From Candidatus Forterrea multitransposorum CG_2015-17_Forterrea_25_41 (GTDB taxonomy: Archaea; Iainarchaeota; Iainarchaeia; Iainarchaeales; CSSED10-239), in NCBI GenBank assembly GCA_009392915.1, contig CP045477.1, forward strand, positions 96,001 through 160,000: a stretch of DNA of 64,000 bases. Direction: 5' to 3'. The notes below the pieces were generated by a model. That model was not told where the DNA came from. It did no database searches and was given only the letters and a program-made list of their open reading frames with translations. Position numbers and translations under genes: made by a program. This document shows, piece after piece, positions 27,958-36,791 of this stretch. How positions within the stretch are numbered: position 1 is the first letter of the stretch; each line of letters opens with the position of its first letter.

Positions 27958-29172
27958 ATGGATATTTTAAAAATTAGAGAAGATTTTAAAGTTTTAAAAG
28001 AAAATAAAATAATATATTTTGATAATGCAGCATCTTCTTTAAAACCAAAACAAGTTTTAGAAGGAATTAGTGAGTATTATTTAGACTTTCCTGTAAACAT
28101 TCATAGAGGTATACACAAATTATCAATGAGAGCATCTATAATCTATCAAGAAACAAGAGAAAAGCTTGCAAAGTTTATAGGATCTAAAGAAAATGAAGTT
28201 GTTTTTACAAACAATAGTACAGATGCAATCAATTTAGTGATGTATTCTCTTTATAATTCTGAATATTTAAAAAAAGATGATGAAATAATTCTTTCAATTC
28301 TAGAACATCATGCAAATTTAGTTCCTTGGCTTTTTTTATCTAAAAAAATAGGTGTTAAACTTAAGTTTGTTGAAATAAAAGATGATTTTACACTTGATAT
28401 GGAAGATTTTAAAAATAAACTTTCTTCTAAAACAAAGTTAGTTGCAATTACACATATTTCAAATACTACAGGAACTATTGTTCCAATTAAAGAAATTATT
28501 TCTTTATCTAAGAAATATGATTGTTTAACATTAATTGATGCTTCTCAATCAGCACCACATTTTAAAATAAACTTTAAAGAACTTGATTGTGATTTTCTTG
28601 TATTTACAGCTCATAAAATGTTAGGTCCTACAGGTTTAGGATTTTTAATTTCAAAAGAAAATAATTTAGAAAAGTTTATGCCATTTAAGTTTGGTGGGGA
28701 CATGATTAAAAATGTTTCAACAACTGATTTTAGTACTAATAGTGTTCCTTTTAAATTTGAAGCAGGAACTCCAAATATATCAGCAGTTTTTGGTTTTTCA
28801 AAAGCTATTGATTATTTATCTGATATTGGACTTGAAAATATTGAAAAACAAGATAAACTTTTATTAGAGTATGGTATTGAAAAATTAAAAGCTATTAAAA
28901 ATTTAGAATTTTTTAATCCTTTAGATAAAAATTTACAAAGTCCTATCTTTTTATTTAGACTTAAAGGTATTGATTGTAATGATCTTTCTGCAATTTTAGA
29001 TGATATGTCAAATATTGCAACTAGAGCGGGAGTTCATTGTGCAGAACCAATTGTTACAAGATTTGATAAAAATGGACTTTCAAGAGCTTCTCTTTATTTT
29101 TATAATACTTTTGAAGAAATTGATAAGTTTGTAGAGTCAATAAAGACAGTTGATGGTAAAATAAATGGATAG
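27958..29172 (+). CDS. cysteine desulfurase (SufS/NifS class V aminotransferase)
   Basis: 404 aa; FDNAASS...HANLVPW...SAHKMLGPTG (PLP lysine) ...RAGVHCA catalytic Cys region. Confidence 0.8.
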   Translation: MDILKIREDFKVLKENKIIYFDNAASSLKPKQVLEGISEYYLDFPVNIHRGIHKLSMRASIIYQETREKLAKFIGSKENEVVFTNNSTDAINLVMYSLYNSEYLKKDDEIILSILEHHANLVPWLFLSKKIGVKLKFVEIKDDFTLDMEDFKNKLSSKTKLVAITHISNTTGTIVPIKEIISLSKKYDCLTLIDASQSAPHFKINFKELDCDFLVFTAHKMLGPTGLGFLISKENNLEKFMPFKFGGDMIKNVSTTDFSTNSVPFKFEAGTPNISAVFGFSKAIDYLSDIGLENIEKQDKLLLEYGIEKLKAIKNLEFFNPLDKNLQSPIFLFRLKGIDCNDLSAILDDMSNIATRAGVHCAEPIVTRFDKNGLSRASLYFYNTFEEIDKFVESIKTVDGKING

Positions 29173-29271
29173 TTTTGTTTTTTGTATAATAATTAATATT
29201 TTAAATACTTTCTATTCATAATATTAATATAAAATGTACATATACAATTCCGATATAAAAGGGGGAAAAAT

Positions 29272-29562
29272 ATGACTAGCGAAAATGGATCTGTTGAAAC
29301 AAATATAATATATATTGGTAAAAAAGTAACAATGTCTTATGTTTTAGCAGTAATAACTCAATTTAACCAAGGTGCAGAAAGTGTTGTTATTAAAGCAAGA
29401 GGTAAAACAATATCAAAAGCAGTTGATGTTTCTGAGATTGTGAAAAATAAATTTGTAAATACTTTAAGAGTTGAAAAAATAAATATTTCTACAGAAGAGA
29501 TAACAACTGAAAACAATACCCCTATGAAAGTTTCTGCAATTGAAATTATACTTGCAAAGTAA
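29272..29562 (+). CDS. albA: DNA/RNA-binding protein Alba
   Basis: 96 aa; IGKKVTMSYVLAVITQF...VVIKARGKTISKAVDVSEIVKNKF is the Alba signature. Confidence 0.85.
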   Translation: MTSENGSVETNIIYIGKKVTMSYVLAVITQFNQGAESVVIKARGKTISKAVDVSEIVKNKFVNTLRVEKINISTEEITTENNTPMKVSAIEIILAK

Positions 29563-29566
29563 ATTT

Positions 29567-31015
29567 CTAATTAACTATTAGTTTTGGTATTGGTAAGTTT
29601 AATTGAGGAAAATAATTATTTATTTTCTCAATAATTTTTTTTTCTTTTACAATTACTTTTTCTTTGTCTATTAAATATTTATTTTCATTTACATCTATTT
29701 TCTTAATGGTTTCAAGCTTCAAATATTTTATTGATTGAGCAAGTAAAGAATCATAAAACTTAGTATTTTTATGTTCTATAAACTTAGGTATCTCTTCAAT
29801 AAGGTCATTTATAAGTTTGTATTCTGTTAGATATTGTATAAACATAGGATTTTGTTCTAAATTGTTCTTGAAAGAATAATTATAGTTAAAAGAATTACTT
29901 AAATTTATAGAAGTTTCTAAATATTTTAATCTCTTTAAATATTCTTTTATTTTAATAGATAAGAAAGATTCTTTCTTTAAACAATACCATTTGATTTCAT
30001 CTAAGTTATCAATTATTTCAATTTCTTCTTCTGAAACTAAATTTACTGCATCTATTAAAGGAATACTTGCAAAATCTCCTTTGTAAAAAGGTCCTGTTGG
30101 CATTTCTTTTAAACCATTATTTTTTTTGAAATTAATTCTATTTTCTTTATTTATATTCTCTTGATGGAATTGTTCATATGCCCATTTTTGATCTTTTGAA
30201 ATAAAATAGAATCCTTGTTTTTTAAATCTTACTTTAACAATTGAATTTGATAAAACATTTATATCTAAATAGTTTTTTGGTTTACAACAATCACAATTTA
30301 AAGTATCATGCCCTATATTGTAAAAATCTTTTGTTAAAAGATATGGCCAGATATTTGAAAAATCCATTTTAATTCCTTGTCTTATGTTTTTTTCTTTTTC
30401 TAAGTATTCTATACTAATTTTATTGTTTAGCATCATTTTATTTTCAAAATATAAGTTTTCAAAGAAATTATTTAAAATTTCTTGATTATTAATATTTTTA
30501 ATTTTTATTTTTAATATGTTACTTAAAAGTAGTTTTTTAGTTAAGTTTTCAATTAACTTTAATTGCTCTTCTTTTAAGAAAGGATTTATATATTTTTTAA
30601 CAATTGAACTTATATTGTTATTTTCTATTTTTTTAATTCTTGTTTTTGAAACAATTATAAATAAATCATAATAACTCCATTCTTTCTCAATTAAATACTC
30701 TCTTTCAATATCTAAGATTAATATGTTTTTAGAAGTAGATATAGATAATATTTTATAAATCTTATTTAATGTTTCTTTATTTTTTGCAATTACTTTAATT
30801 TTATTTTTTTCAATTTTTTCTATATTTACTTCTCTTTTAAAATCAGATAATAGCTTTTGTACTACTTCTTTTGGAAGGTCAATATAAAAATAAGGGTTAA
30901 ATTTTTCCTTATAAACAAAATCATACTTATTGCTATAAGGATCTTTTGAAAAATAGCTTATAATTCTTTGTTTTTCTTCTTCATACACGCATTCTGTTAA
31001 ATATAGTTGTTCCAT
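29567..31015 (-). CDS. degenerate family-B DNA polymerase homolog (PolB-like, likely catalytically inactive)
   Basis: 482 aa; the N-terminus LYLTECVYEEEKQRIISYF...KFNPYFYI is colinear with the PolB N-terminal domain (ILDVDYITEEGKPVIRLF...FRPYIYAL); ILILDIE matches Exo I (FDIET); the Exo II NGDxFD is absent; DFAS-IPLI (motif A lacking LYPS), LSNSFNYNY (motif B-like) and FYDSLL (motif C lacking DTD) occur in the canonical order. Confidence 0.45.
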   Translation of the reverse strand: MEQLYLTECVYEEEKQRIISYFSKDPYSNKYDFVYKEKFNPYFYIDLPKEVVQKLLSDFKREVNIEKIEKNKIKVIAKNKETLNKIYKILSISTSKNILILDIEREYLIEKEWSYYDLFIIVSKTRIKKIENNNISSIVKKYINPFLKEEQLKLIENLTKKLLLSNILKIKIKNINNQEILNNFFENLYFENKMMLNNKISIEYLEKEKNIRQGIKMDFSNIWPYLLTKDFYNIGHDTLNCDCCKPKNYLDINVLSNSIVKVRFKKQGFYFISKDQKWAYEQFHQENINKENRINFKKNNGLKEMPTGPFYKGDFASIPLIDAVNLVSEEEIEIIDNLDEIKWYCLKKESFLSIKIKEYLKRLKYLETSINLSNSFNYNYSFKNNLEQNPMFIQYLTEYKLINDLIEEIPKFIEHKNTKFYDSLLAQSIKYLKLETIKKIDVNENKYLIDKEKVIVKEKKIIEKINNYFPQLNLPIPKLIVN

Positions 31016-31196
31016 AATCTATTCACTTAATTTTCACAAATATTATAAATAATCTAAAAAGTTGGCAGTTCTTTTTAGGTTATCTTTAAAGGCAATATAT
31101 AATTAGATTGTATAAAATATATCTCTTTTCAAGGGGGGTACTTGGCCGAGAAAGATAATCTTTTAGTTTAAAAATAGTTCTCTCCATTATTTCTAT

Positions 31197-32831
31197 ATGG
31201 CAATTAAAAAAAATATTTTAACTTTAGAGCTCAAATTATTAATATTTTCTCTAATTTCTTTATTTGTCCTTAAAATATTTTATATTAAACAATTAGATAT
31301 AATCTTAATTACAACTTTTTTTGATATTTTAATTTTTACATTTATTTTTTCAATTTTTATTTTATTTAAAAATATTTTTTCAAAAGTTTTATTTCATATT
31401 ATTTATGTTTTAAATTTTATTCTTTTTTCTTTTTTCTACATTTTCTATTATGATGTATCTCAAAGAGGGCTTTTCATTTCTAAAATAAAATTAGATGCAA
31501 TTACTTTTGTTTTAAAAAATATTATTTCTTTTAAATTAATATTAATTGTATTTCTTGCTTTATTTTTTATCTATTTTTTATCTTTTTTTATTTTAAAATA
31601 TAAAAAGTTTTTATTAAATTCATTTACTTTAAAATTAGTTTCTGTGATTTCTCTTTTAATATTTTTATTTCTAGTATTATTATTTAATCTAAATTATAAT
31701 CCTTATGCTGATGTTGTTTTAAATTTTAAAAATAGTTTTAGTTATATTCCTTTAGAAGATAATTCTAAAGATTTATCTATTTTTCCAGTAAACAATACAT
31801 TATATCCTGAAAATGAATTAGATATTAAATATAAAAAAATAATTCTGCTTATTGGTGAAGAATGGATGTTTTCTAGCTTTTTGAAAGATAGTAATTCTTT
31901 AGATAATAGTTTTTTTAAAAAAACTGAAAATAATACTCATTTTTATTCAAATTATTACACCACAAATCAAGATAGTAGAACTGCTATTTACACTTTACTT
32001 ACAAGTCAATTTATTCCTTTTGAAGCATATTTAGATTCTACTTATTCAATATATCTTGAAAAGATTAAAACAGTTCCAAGTCTTGTAGATTATTTTAATG
32101 ATAATAATTATTCTTCTTTCTTTGTAGTTTCTTCAATTGAACAACCAGATATTGCAACTCCTTTTAATTGGACTGAAATTGTAACTTTAAAAGAAGATGT
32201 TTATAATAGTAATAATTATTATTGTTCTTCACTTTTTACATATGAAACTTCTTGTGAAGATCTTTCTATTTTAGATGATGTGAAAAAAAAATTAATTTCT
32301 GATGAAAATATATTTTTAGTTCAAGAGTTTATTTATGGTCATAGCTACAAACATATTATAGATACTAAAAAATCAAGAACTCAATATTATAATAATTATT
32401 TTAATTCATTATATGATTTTTTAGAAAAAGAATCCTTGTTAAAAGATACTTTAATAATCATTACTTCAGATCATGGTTCTAGAGCTTACAATGAAATGGT
32501 TTCTCCTGAAGGATATCATATTCCTTTTTTAGTAATTTCAAACAATTTAGATTATAAAGATGATGATTCTCTTTTATCTCATTTAAATTTTAAAGATATT
32601 CTTTATAAATATATCTTAGGTATAGATTATATACCAAACAATAAATCTATAATGTTTACTGGTGGAACAAACAGTGATCTTTTAGGTTTTATTACAAATA
32701 AAAATGATTTTGGAATAATTAATTCTTCTAAATCATTATTAATAAATTATAATAAAGAAGATTTATCTATTAAAGAGAAATCTCAAAATCATTATAGTTA
32801 TTATAATTTTTTAAAAAATAATTTTAAATAA
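31197..32831 (+). CDS. membrane-anchored sulfatase/LtaS-family (alkaline phosphatase superfamily) transferase
   Basis: N-terminal ~5 TM helices followed by an extracytoplasmic domain with the IITSDHGSR motif typical of sulfatase/LtaS/phosphoglycerol transferases. Confidence 0.55.
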   Translation: MAIKKNILTLELKLLIFSLISLFVLKIFYIKQLDIILITTFFDILIFTFIFSIFILFKNIFSKVLFHIIYVLNFILFSFFYIFYYDVSQRGLFISKIKLDAITFVLKNIISFKLILIVFLALFFIYFLSFFILKYKKFLLNSFTLKLVSVISLLIFLFLVLLFNLNYNPYADVVLNFKNSFSYIPLEDNSKDLSIFPVNNTLYPENELDIKYKKIILLIGEEWMFSSFLKDSNSLDNSFFKKTENNTHFYSNYYTTNQDSRTAIYTLLTSQFIPFEAYLDSTYSIYLEKIKTVPSLVDYFNDNNYSSFFVVSSIEQPDIATPFNWTEIVTLKEDVYNSNNYYCSSLFTYETSCEDLSILDDVKKKLISDENIFLVQEFIYGHSYKHIIDTKKSRTQYYNNYFNSLYDFLEKESLLKDTLIIITSDHGSRAYNEMVSPEGYHIPFLVISNNLDYKDDDSLLSHLNFKDILYKYILGIDYIPNNKSIMFTGGTNSDLLGFITNKNDFGIINSSKSLLINYNKEDLSIKEKSQNHYSYYNFLKNNFK

Positions 32832-32838
32832 ATTTATC

Positions 32839-34143
32839 ATGGCCTTTAAATTATCAAAAAGAATGTTTTTTTTTATAATCTTTCTATTTATCTTTATTTT
32901 TTATTATATTTCTATTAAAGGAAGTTTTGTAGTTTTTTTAATAATGTCTTTTATTTTTTTATATTTAATAGTTTTAATAATTATTTTATATGTTCTTTAT
33001 CCAAATATTGCAAAAGAGAGGGCTTTTCCTAAAAAAGCACCAACTGTTGCAGTAGTAACTTATGCTTTTAATAATTTTCAACCTGTAAAAAGAACTATTG
33101 AAGCTTTATTAAAATTAGAGTATCCTATCCCTTTTAAGGTTTATGTAATAACTGACGGAACTTGTATTTTTTTAAAAAACTTAAAAGGTGTAAAACAAAT
33201 TGTAATTGATAAAAAATATTTTAAAAAATCAAAAAATACTAAATCTATTGTGATGAATGAAGGTTTAAAATATATTAAAGATGAAAATATTTTTTGTGTT
33301 GATGGAGATACTATAGTTGATAGTAAGGCTTTAAAAAGAATGACTGGTTTTTTAGATGAAAAACAAGTAGTTGCTGTAAATGGAATTTTAGTTCCTGAAA
33401 ATAGAAGTAGTTTTTGGGAAAAAGTTCAAGTTATAGAATATAGTCTTAATTGGGGTATTTATCAAAGAATTTTATCTGCAATGGATTCTATTAATATTCC
33501 TATTGGTGCAATGTTTCTAATGAAAAAGAAAGTATTTGATCAATTAGGAGGCTATTCTACAAACAATTTTGTTGAAGATAAAGAATTAGGTTATAGAATT
33601 ATTAAAGCTGGTTATAAGATAAGATGTTGTGAAGTTGCATATGGTTTTACAGAAACTCCTAAAACATTAAATGGCTGGTATAAACAAAGGAAAAGATGGT
33701 CTAGAGGAGAGCTTGCAACTATATATGAGCATAGAGATGTTTTATTTAATTTTAAATATAGTGTATTTGGAATGTTTGTTTTACCTTTTACTTTTTTTGT
33801 TCAAACTGTAGGTGTTGCTTTTATTTTTACATATATTTTTATTTATTTAAGAAGATTTATTATTTTTATTTATTTTTTAATTTCTGAATTTTTAAAAAAC
33901 TCTATTTTATTATATCCTAATTTTAGTAGTATTGTGCTTCCATCTACAATTTATGTTATTTTCTTATCTTTAATAATTTTCTTGATATATGCTTTATTTG
34001 CATTTAAAATAACAAAATTTAACTTAAATTACAAATATATTCTTCCTTTTGCATTTTTTATATTTATATATACCTATTTATTAATTTCTGTATATTTAAT
34101 ATCTATAATACAAGAGTTTTTAGGTTTTGAAAACAAATGGTAG
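32839..34143 (+). CDS. processive family-2 glycosyltransferase (synthase-like) with TM domains
   Basis: AVVTYAFNN (GT-A start), DGD, and QRKRWSRG (the QxxRW motif of processive GT2 synthases); N- and C-terminal TM bundles. Confidence 0.7.
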   Translation: MAFKLSKRMFFFIIFLFIFIFYYISIKGSFVVFLIMSFIFLYLIVLIIILYVLYPNIAKERAFPKKAPTVAVVTYAFNNFQPVKRTIEALLKLEYPIPFKVYVITDGTCIFLKNLKGVKQIVIDKKYFKKSKNTKSIVMNEGLKYIKDENIFCVDGDTIVDSKALKRMTGFLDEKQVVAVNGILVPENRSSFWEKVQVIEYSLNWGIYQRILSAMDSINIPIGAMFLMKKKVFDQLGGYSTNNFVEDKELGYRIIKAGYKIRCCEVAYGFTETPKTLNGWYKQRKRWSRGELATIYEHRDVLFNFKYSVFGMFVLPFTFFVQTVGVAFIFTYIFIYLRRFIIFIYFLISEFLKNSILLYPNFSSIVLPSTIYVIFLSLIIFLIYALFAFKITKFNLNYKYILPFAFFIFIYTYLLISVYLISIIQEFLGFENKW

Positions 34144-34153
34144 TTGAAATGAT

Positions 34154-34852
34154 ATGAATAAAAAAGATAAAAAATTTATTAAAAATAAAACTTTTAACAA
34201 TAATGTATTATTATTTGCATTCTTAATAATTGTGGTGTTATTTATTATTGTCTTTTCTGCAATTAATTTTTATGATAGTCATAAAAGAAAAGTAATTGAA
34301 GACGATTATAATATTTTACAACAACAGATTATTTTAAATGATCTTTATAAAAAATATTTAGATGAAACTAATTCTGAAAAATGTACTGTTTTAAAAAATC
34401 AATTAGATTCTTATCTTAATATTAATAGTGAACTTTACTTAAGACTTAAAAAAATAAATAGAAATGCAATTGTTGAATCAGATGATAGAACTAAACTTTT
34501 ATTTGTTTTAACAAATATTAATCTTTGGCTTCATTATAACTCTATTGAAAAAGAGTGTGGATATAATAAAGAAAGAGCAATTTTATATTTTTATCCTGAG
34601 TTTCAAGATTTTAGTGTCGAAAAAGCAGAATCTGATGCTAGAACTTTATTTTTTGCAGAAAAATTAGAAAGATTAACTAAAGAGTGTAATTTAAATTCAA
34701 TTGCTCTTCCTTATGTTGATTATATTCCTATTTTAAATCAAATAATTTCTGATTATAATATTAATTCATCTCCATCAGTATATATTAATGGAAAAGTATA
34801 TTATGATGTAAATTTAGATGAATCTTTCTTAAAAGAGATTGGATGTAGATAA
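34154..34852 (+). CDS. hypothetical membrane-anchored protein (thioredoxin-like C-terminus?)
   Basis: N-terminal TM; the C-terminal PSVYINGKVYYD resembles the DsbA-type PTFVINGK, but no CxxC is present; function unknown. Confidence 0.3.
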   Translation: MNKKDKKFIKNKTFNNNVLLFAFLIIVVLFIIVFSAINFYDSHKRKVIEDDYNILQQQIILNDLYKKYLDETNSEKCTVLKNQLDSYLNINSELYLRLKKINRNAIVESDDRTKLLFVLTNINLWLHYNSIEKECGYNKERAILYFYPEFQDFSVEKAESDARTLFFAEKLERLTKECNLNSIALPYVDYIPILNQIISDYNINSSPSVYINGKVYYDVNLDESFLKEIGCR

Positions 34853-34864
34853 AAGGGATAACTT

Positions 34865-35605
34865 TTGGCTTTACAGCAAACACATGTTATTTTTTTAAAA
34901 GAAATTATAGAGCTACATCCTAATCTTTTAAAAAACTATAATAAAAAATCGCTTTATTATGGAGCTGTTTATCCAGATATTTTTTATATTAGGCTACTTA
35001 AAACTAGACCTAATTTTTCACTTTATCTTCATGAAAATAAAAATATTATAAAAATAGGTGAAGAACTTTATAATAATTCATCTAATATTTCTGAAAGATC
35101 TTTTTCAATTGGTTTTTTATCTCATTTTTTTCTAGATAAAAGAATACATGGTTATTTAGAGAAAATTGGATTTATAGATGGCCCTGAACATTTATCTCTT
35201 GAGTTTTATTTATATATGTTTTTAGATAAAAAAACAAAAGTTAGTGTTTCTAAAAATCCAAACAAATTATTAAAAAAAATATTTAAATTTTATTTTAATA
35301 AACAAAATTATTTTTTTATTCCAAACATATTAATTAAAAGATTATTTTTGTTTGTTTGTAATTATATAATTAAAGAGACTATTGATATTAAGTATAAAAA
35401 AATAAAAAAAGGTAATTTTTTTAAAAATAATTTACTTAAAATCTCTTATTATTTTGCTTTTAATTCTTATGGTTACAGTGTATCTAAATTATTTAATCCA
35501 GATTTTAAATTTTTAGAAAAACATTTGCCTTTTCTTTTAAAAGAATATAATCTGGCAAAAAAAGATTTTATTGATTTTTTAAATAATGGTAATTTTTATG
35601 GTTAA
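34865..35605 (+). CDS. hypothetical protein, zinc-dependent phospholipase C-like?
   Basis: N-terminal QTHVIFLKEII and GAVYPD/SHFFLD patterns loosely recall the PF00882 family; weak. Confidence 0.25.
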   Translation: MALQQTHVIFLKEIIELHPNLLKNYNKKSLYYGAVYPDIFYIRLLKTRPNFSLYLHENKNIIKIGEELYNNSSNISERSFSIGFLSHFFLDKRIHGYLEKIGFIDGPEHLSLEFYLYMFLDKKTKVSVSKNPNKLLKKIFKFYFNKQNYFFIPNILIKRLFLFVCNYIIKETIDIKYKKIKKGNFFKNNLLKISYYFAFNSYGYSVSKLFNPDFKFLEKHLPFLLKEYNLAKKDFIDFLNNGNFYG

Positions 35606-36077
35606 AATATTATTTGTTTGTAGTGGGAATGTTTTTAGAAGTATGTGTGCTAAATATTGTTTAGAATATTTTTTAGCTAAAAATAATATTAAAAATATTT
35701 CTGTAGATTCTGCAGGTATTTCTGTAACTTCTAAAAAACCACAAAATATTGCTTTAGAAGTTAAAGAGTTACTTTTTAAAAAAGGAATAGATGTTTCAAA
35801 GCATTTATCTAAGAATGTTTCAAAAGTTGATTTAAAATCTTTTGATTTAGTAATCTCTATGGGTTATAATCATAAAAAATATTTAAAAGAAAAATATGGT
35901 ATTTCTTCTGTTTTATTTAATAAAGTGTGTTACGGTGTTAATTATCCTGTTTATGATAATAATGAAATTTTAAAAGAATATAAAGGTTTTAGAGGTAAGA
36001 TTTATAATATAGAAGTTGTTAAAAAAATTTATTCAGATATTAAATTTTTTCACAAAAATTATAAAAAATTCATTTAA
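35598..36077 (+). CDS. low-molecular-weight protein tyrosine phosphatase / arsenate reductase fold
   Basis: KILFVCSGNVFRS P-loop (CxGNxxRS) and a DSAG-containing segment; the ATG at 35598 is chosen (the track ORF from 35586 overlaps the upstream gene). Confidence 0.75.
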   Translation: MVKILFVCSGNVFRSMCAKYCLEYFLAKNNIKNISVDSAGISVTSKKPQNIALEVKELLFKKGIDVSKHLSKNVSKVDLKSFDLVISMGYNHKKYLKEKYGISSVLFNKVCYGVNYPVYDNNEILKEYKGFRGKIYNIEVVKKIYSDIKFFHKNYKKFI

Positions 36078-36705
36078 TTTTTTTTAAACAAATTTTGTTT
36101 ATTGGGCATTTTTCACAATTAGGATTTCTTGGAAAACAAATGTTTTGTCCTAAGATAACAAATAAATAGTTTGTATCTATCCAAAATTTTTTAGGAAGTT
36201 TATTTCTTAAAACCATTTCTGTTTCTAAAGGGTTTTTTGTTTCAATATAGCCTATTCTATTAAATATTCTGTGTACATGTGTATCTACACAAATAGCTGG
36301 TATTTTATATGATACTGCAATTACTAGATTTGCAGTTTTTCTTCCTACACCTGGAAGAGTAATTAATTCTTCTATGGTTCTTGGTACTTTATTATTAAAA
36401 TCTTCTTTTAATTTTTTTGCAAGTAACTTTAAGTTTTTAGCTTTAGTTTTATAAAATCCAACAGGATATAATAATTGTTCTAATTTTTCAATTTTAATTT
36501 TTATTAAGTCATCTGTATTCTTTATTTCTTTAAATAAATTATCACAAACTTTTGCAGTAATTTGATCTTTTGTTCTTGCTGAAAGCATTGTTCCAATTAA
36601 TACATAAAAAGAATTTTTACTTTTAATATCTATTTGTTCTGCAAGAGGAATTGTGTACTCTTTTAACTCTTTTTCAAGAATTTTATATATTTTTTCAATA
36701 TCCAT
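36070..36705 (-). CDS. nth: endonuclease III (DNA glycosylase/AP lyase)
   Basis: HhH-GPD fold (LPGVGRKTANLV), catalytic region, and a C-terminal 4Fe-4S cluster loop CFPRNPNCEKCPINKIC. Confidence 0.85.
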   Translation of the reverse strand: MDIEKIYKILEKELKEYTIPLAEQIDIKSKNSFYVLIGTMLSARTKDQITAKVCDNLFKEIKNTDDLIKIKIEKLEQLLYPVGFYKTKAKNLKLLAKKLKEDFNNKVPRTIEELITLPGVGRKTANLVIAVSYKIPAICVDTHVHRIFNRIGYIETKNPLETEMVLRNKLPKKFWIDTNYLFVILGQNICFPRNPNCEKCPINKICLKKIK

Positions 36706-36791
36706 ATTAATTATTTTTGTTAAGAAAACATTTAAAAAGACATCTATAATATATATTAATATTTTAAATATATTTTAAAGAGATTATTAAT

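Noticed and set aside
31120-31160. Short GC-rich stretch AAGGGGGGTACTTGGCCGAGAAAG in the divergent intergenic region, considered as a possible split-tRNA half or tRNA fragment
   Set aside because: I could not fold it into an acceptor/D-arm plus anticodon arm (position 8 is not U and no anticodon stem follows); no T-arm; probably promoter-region sequence.
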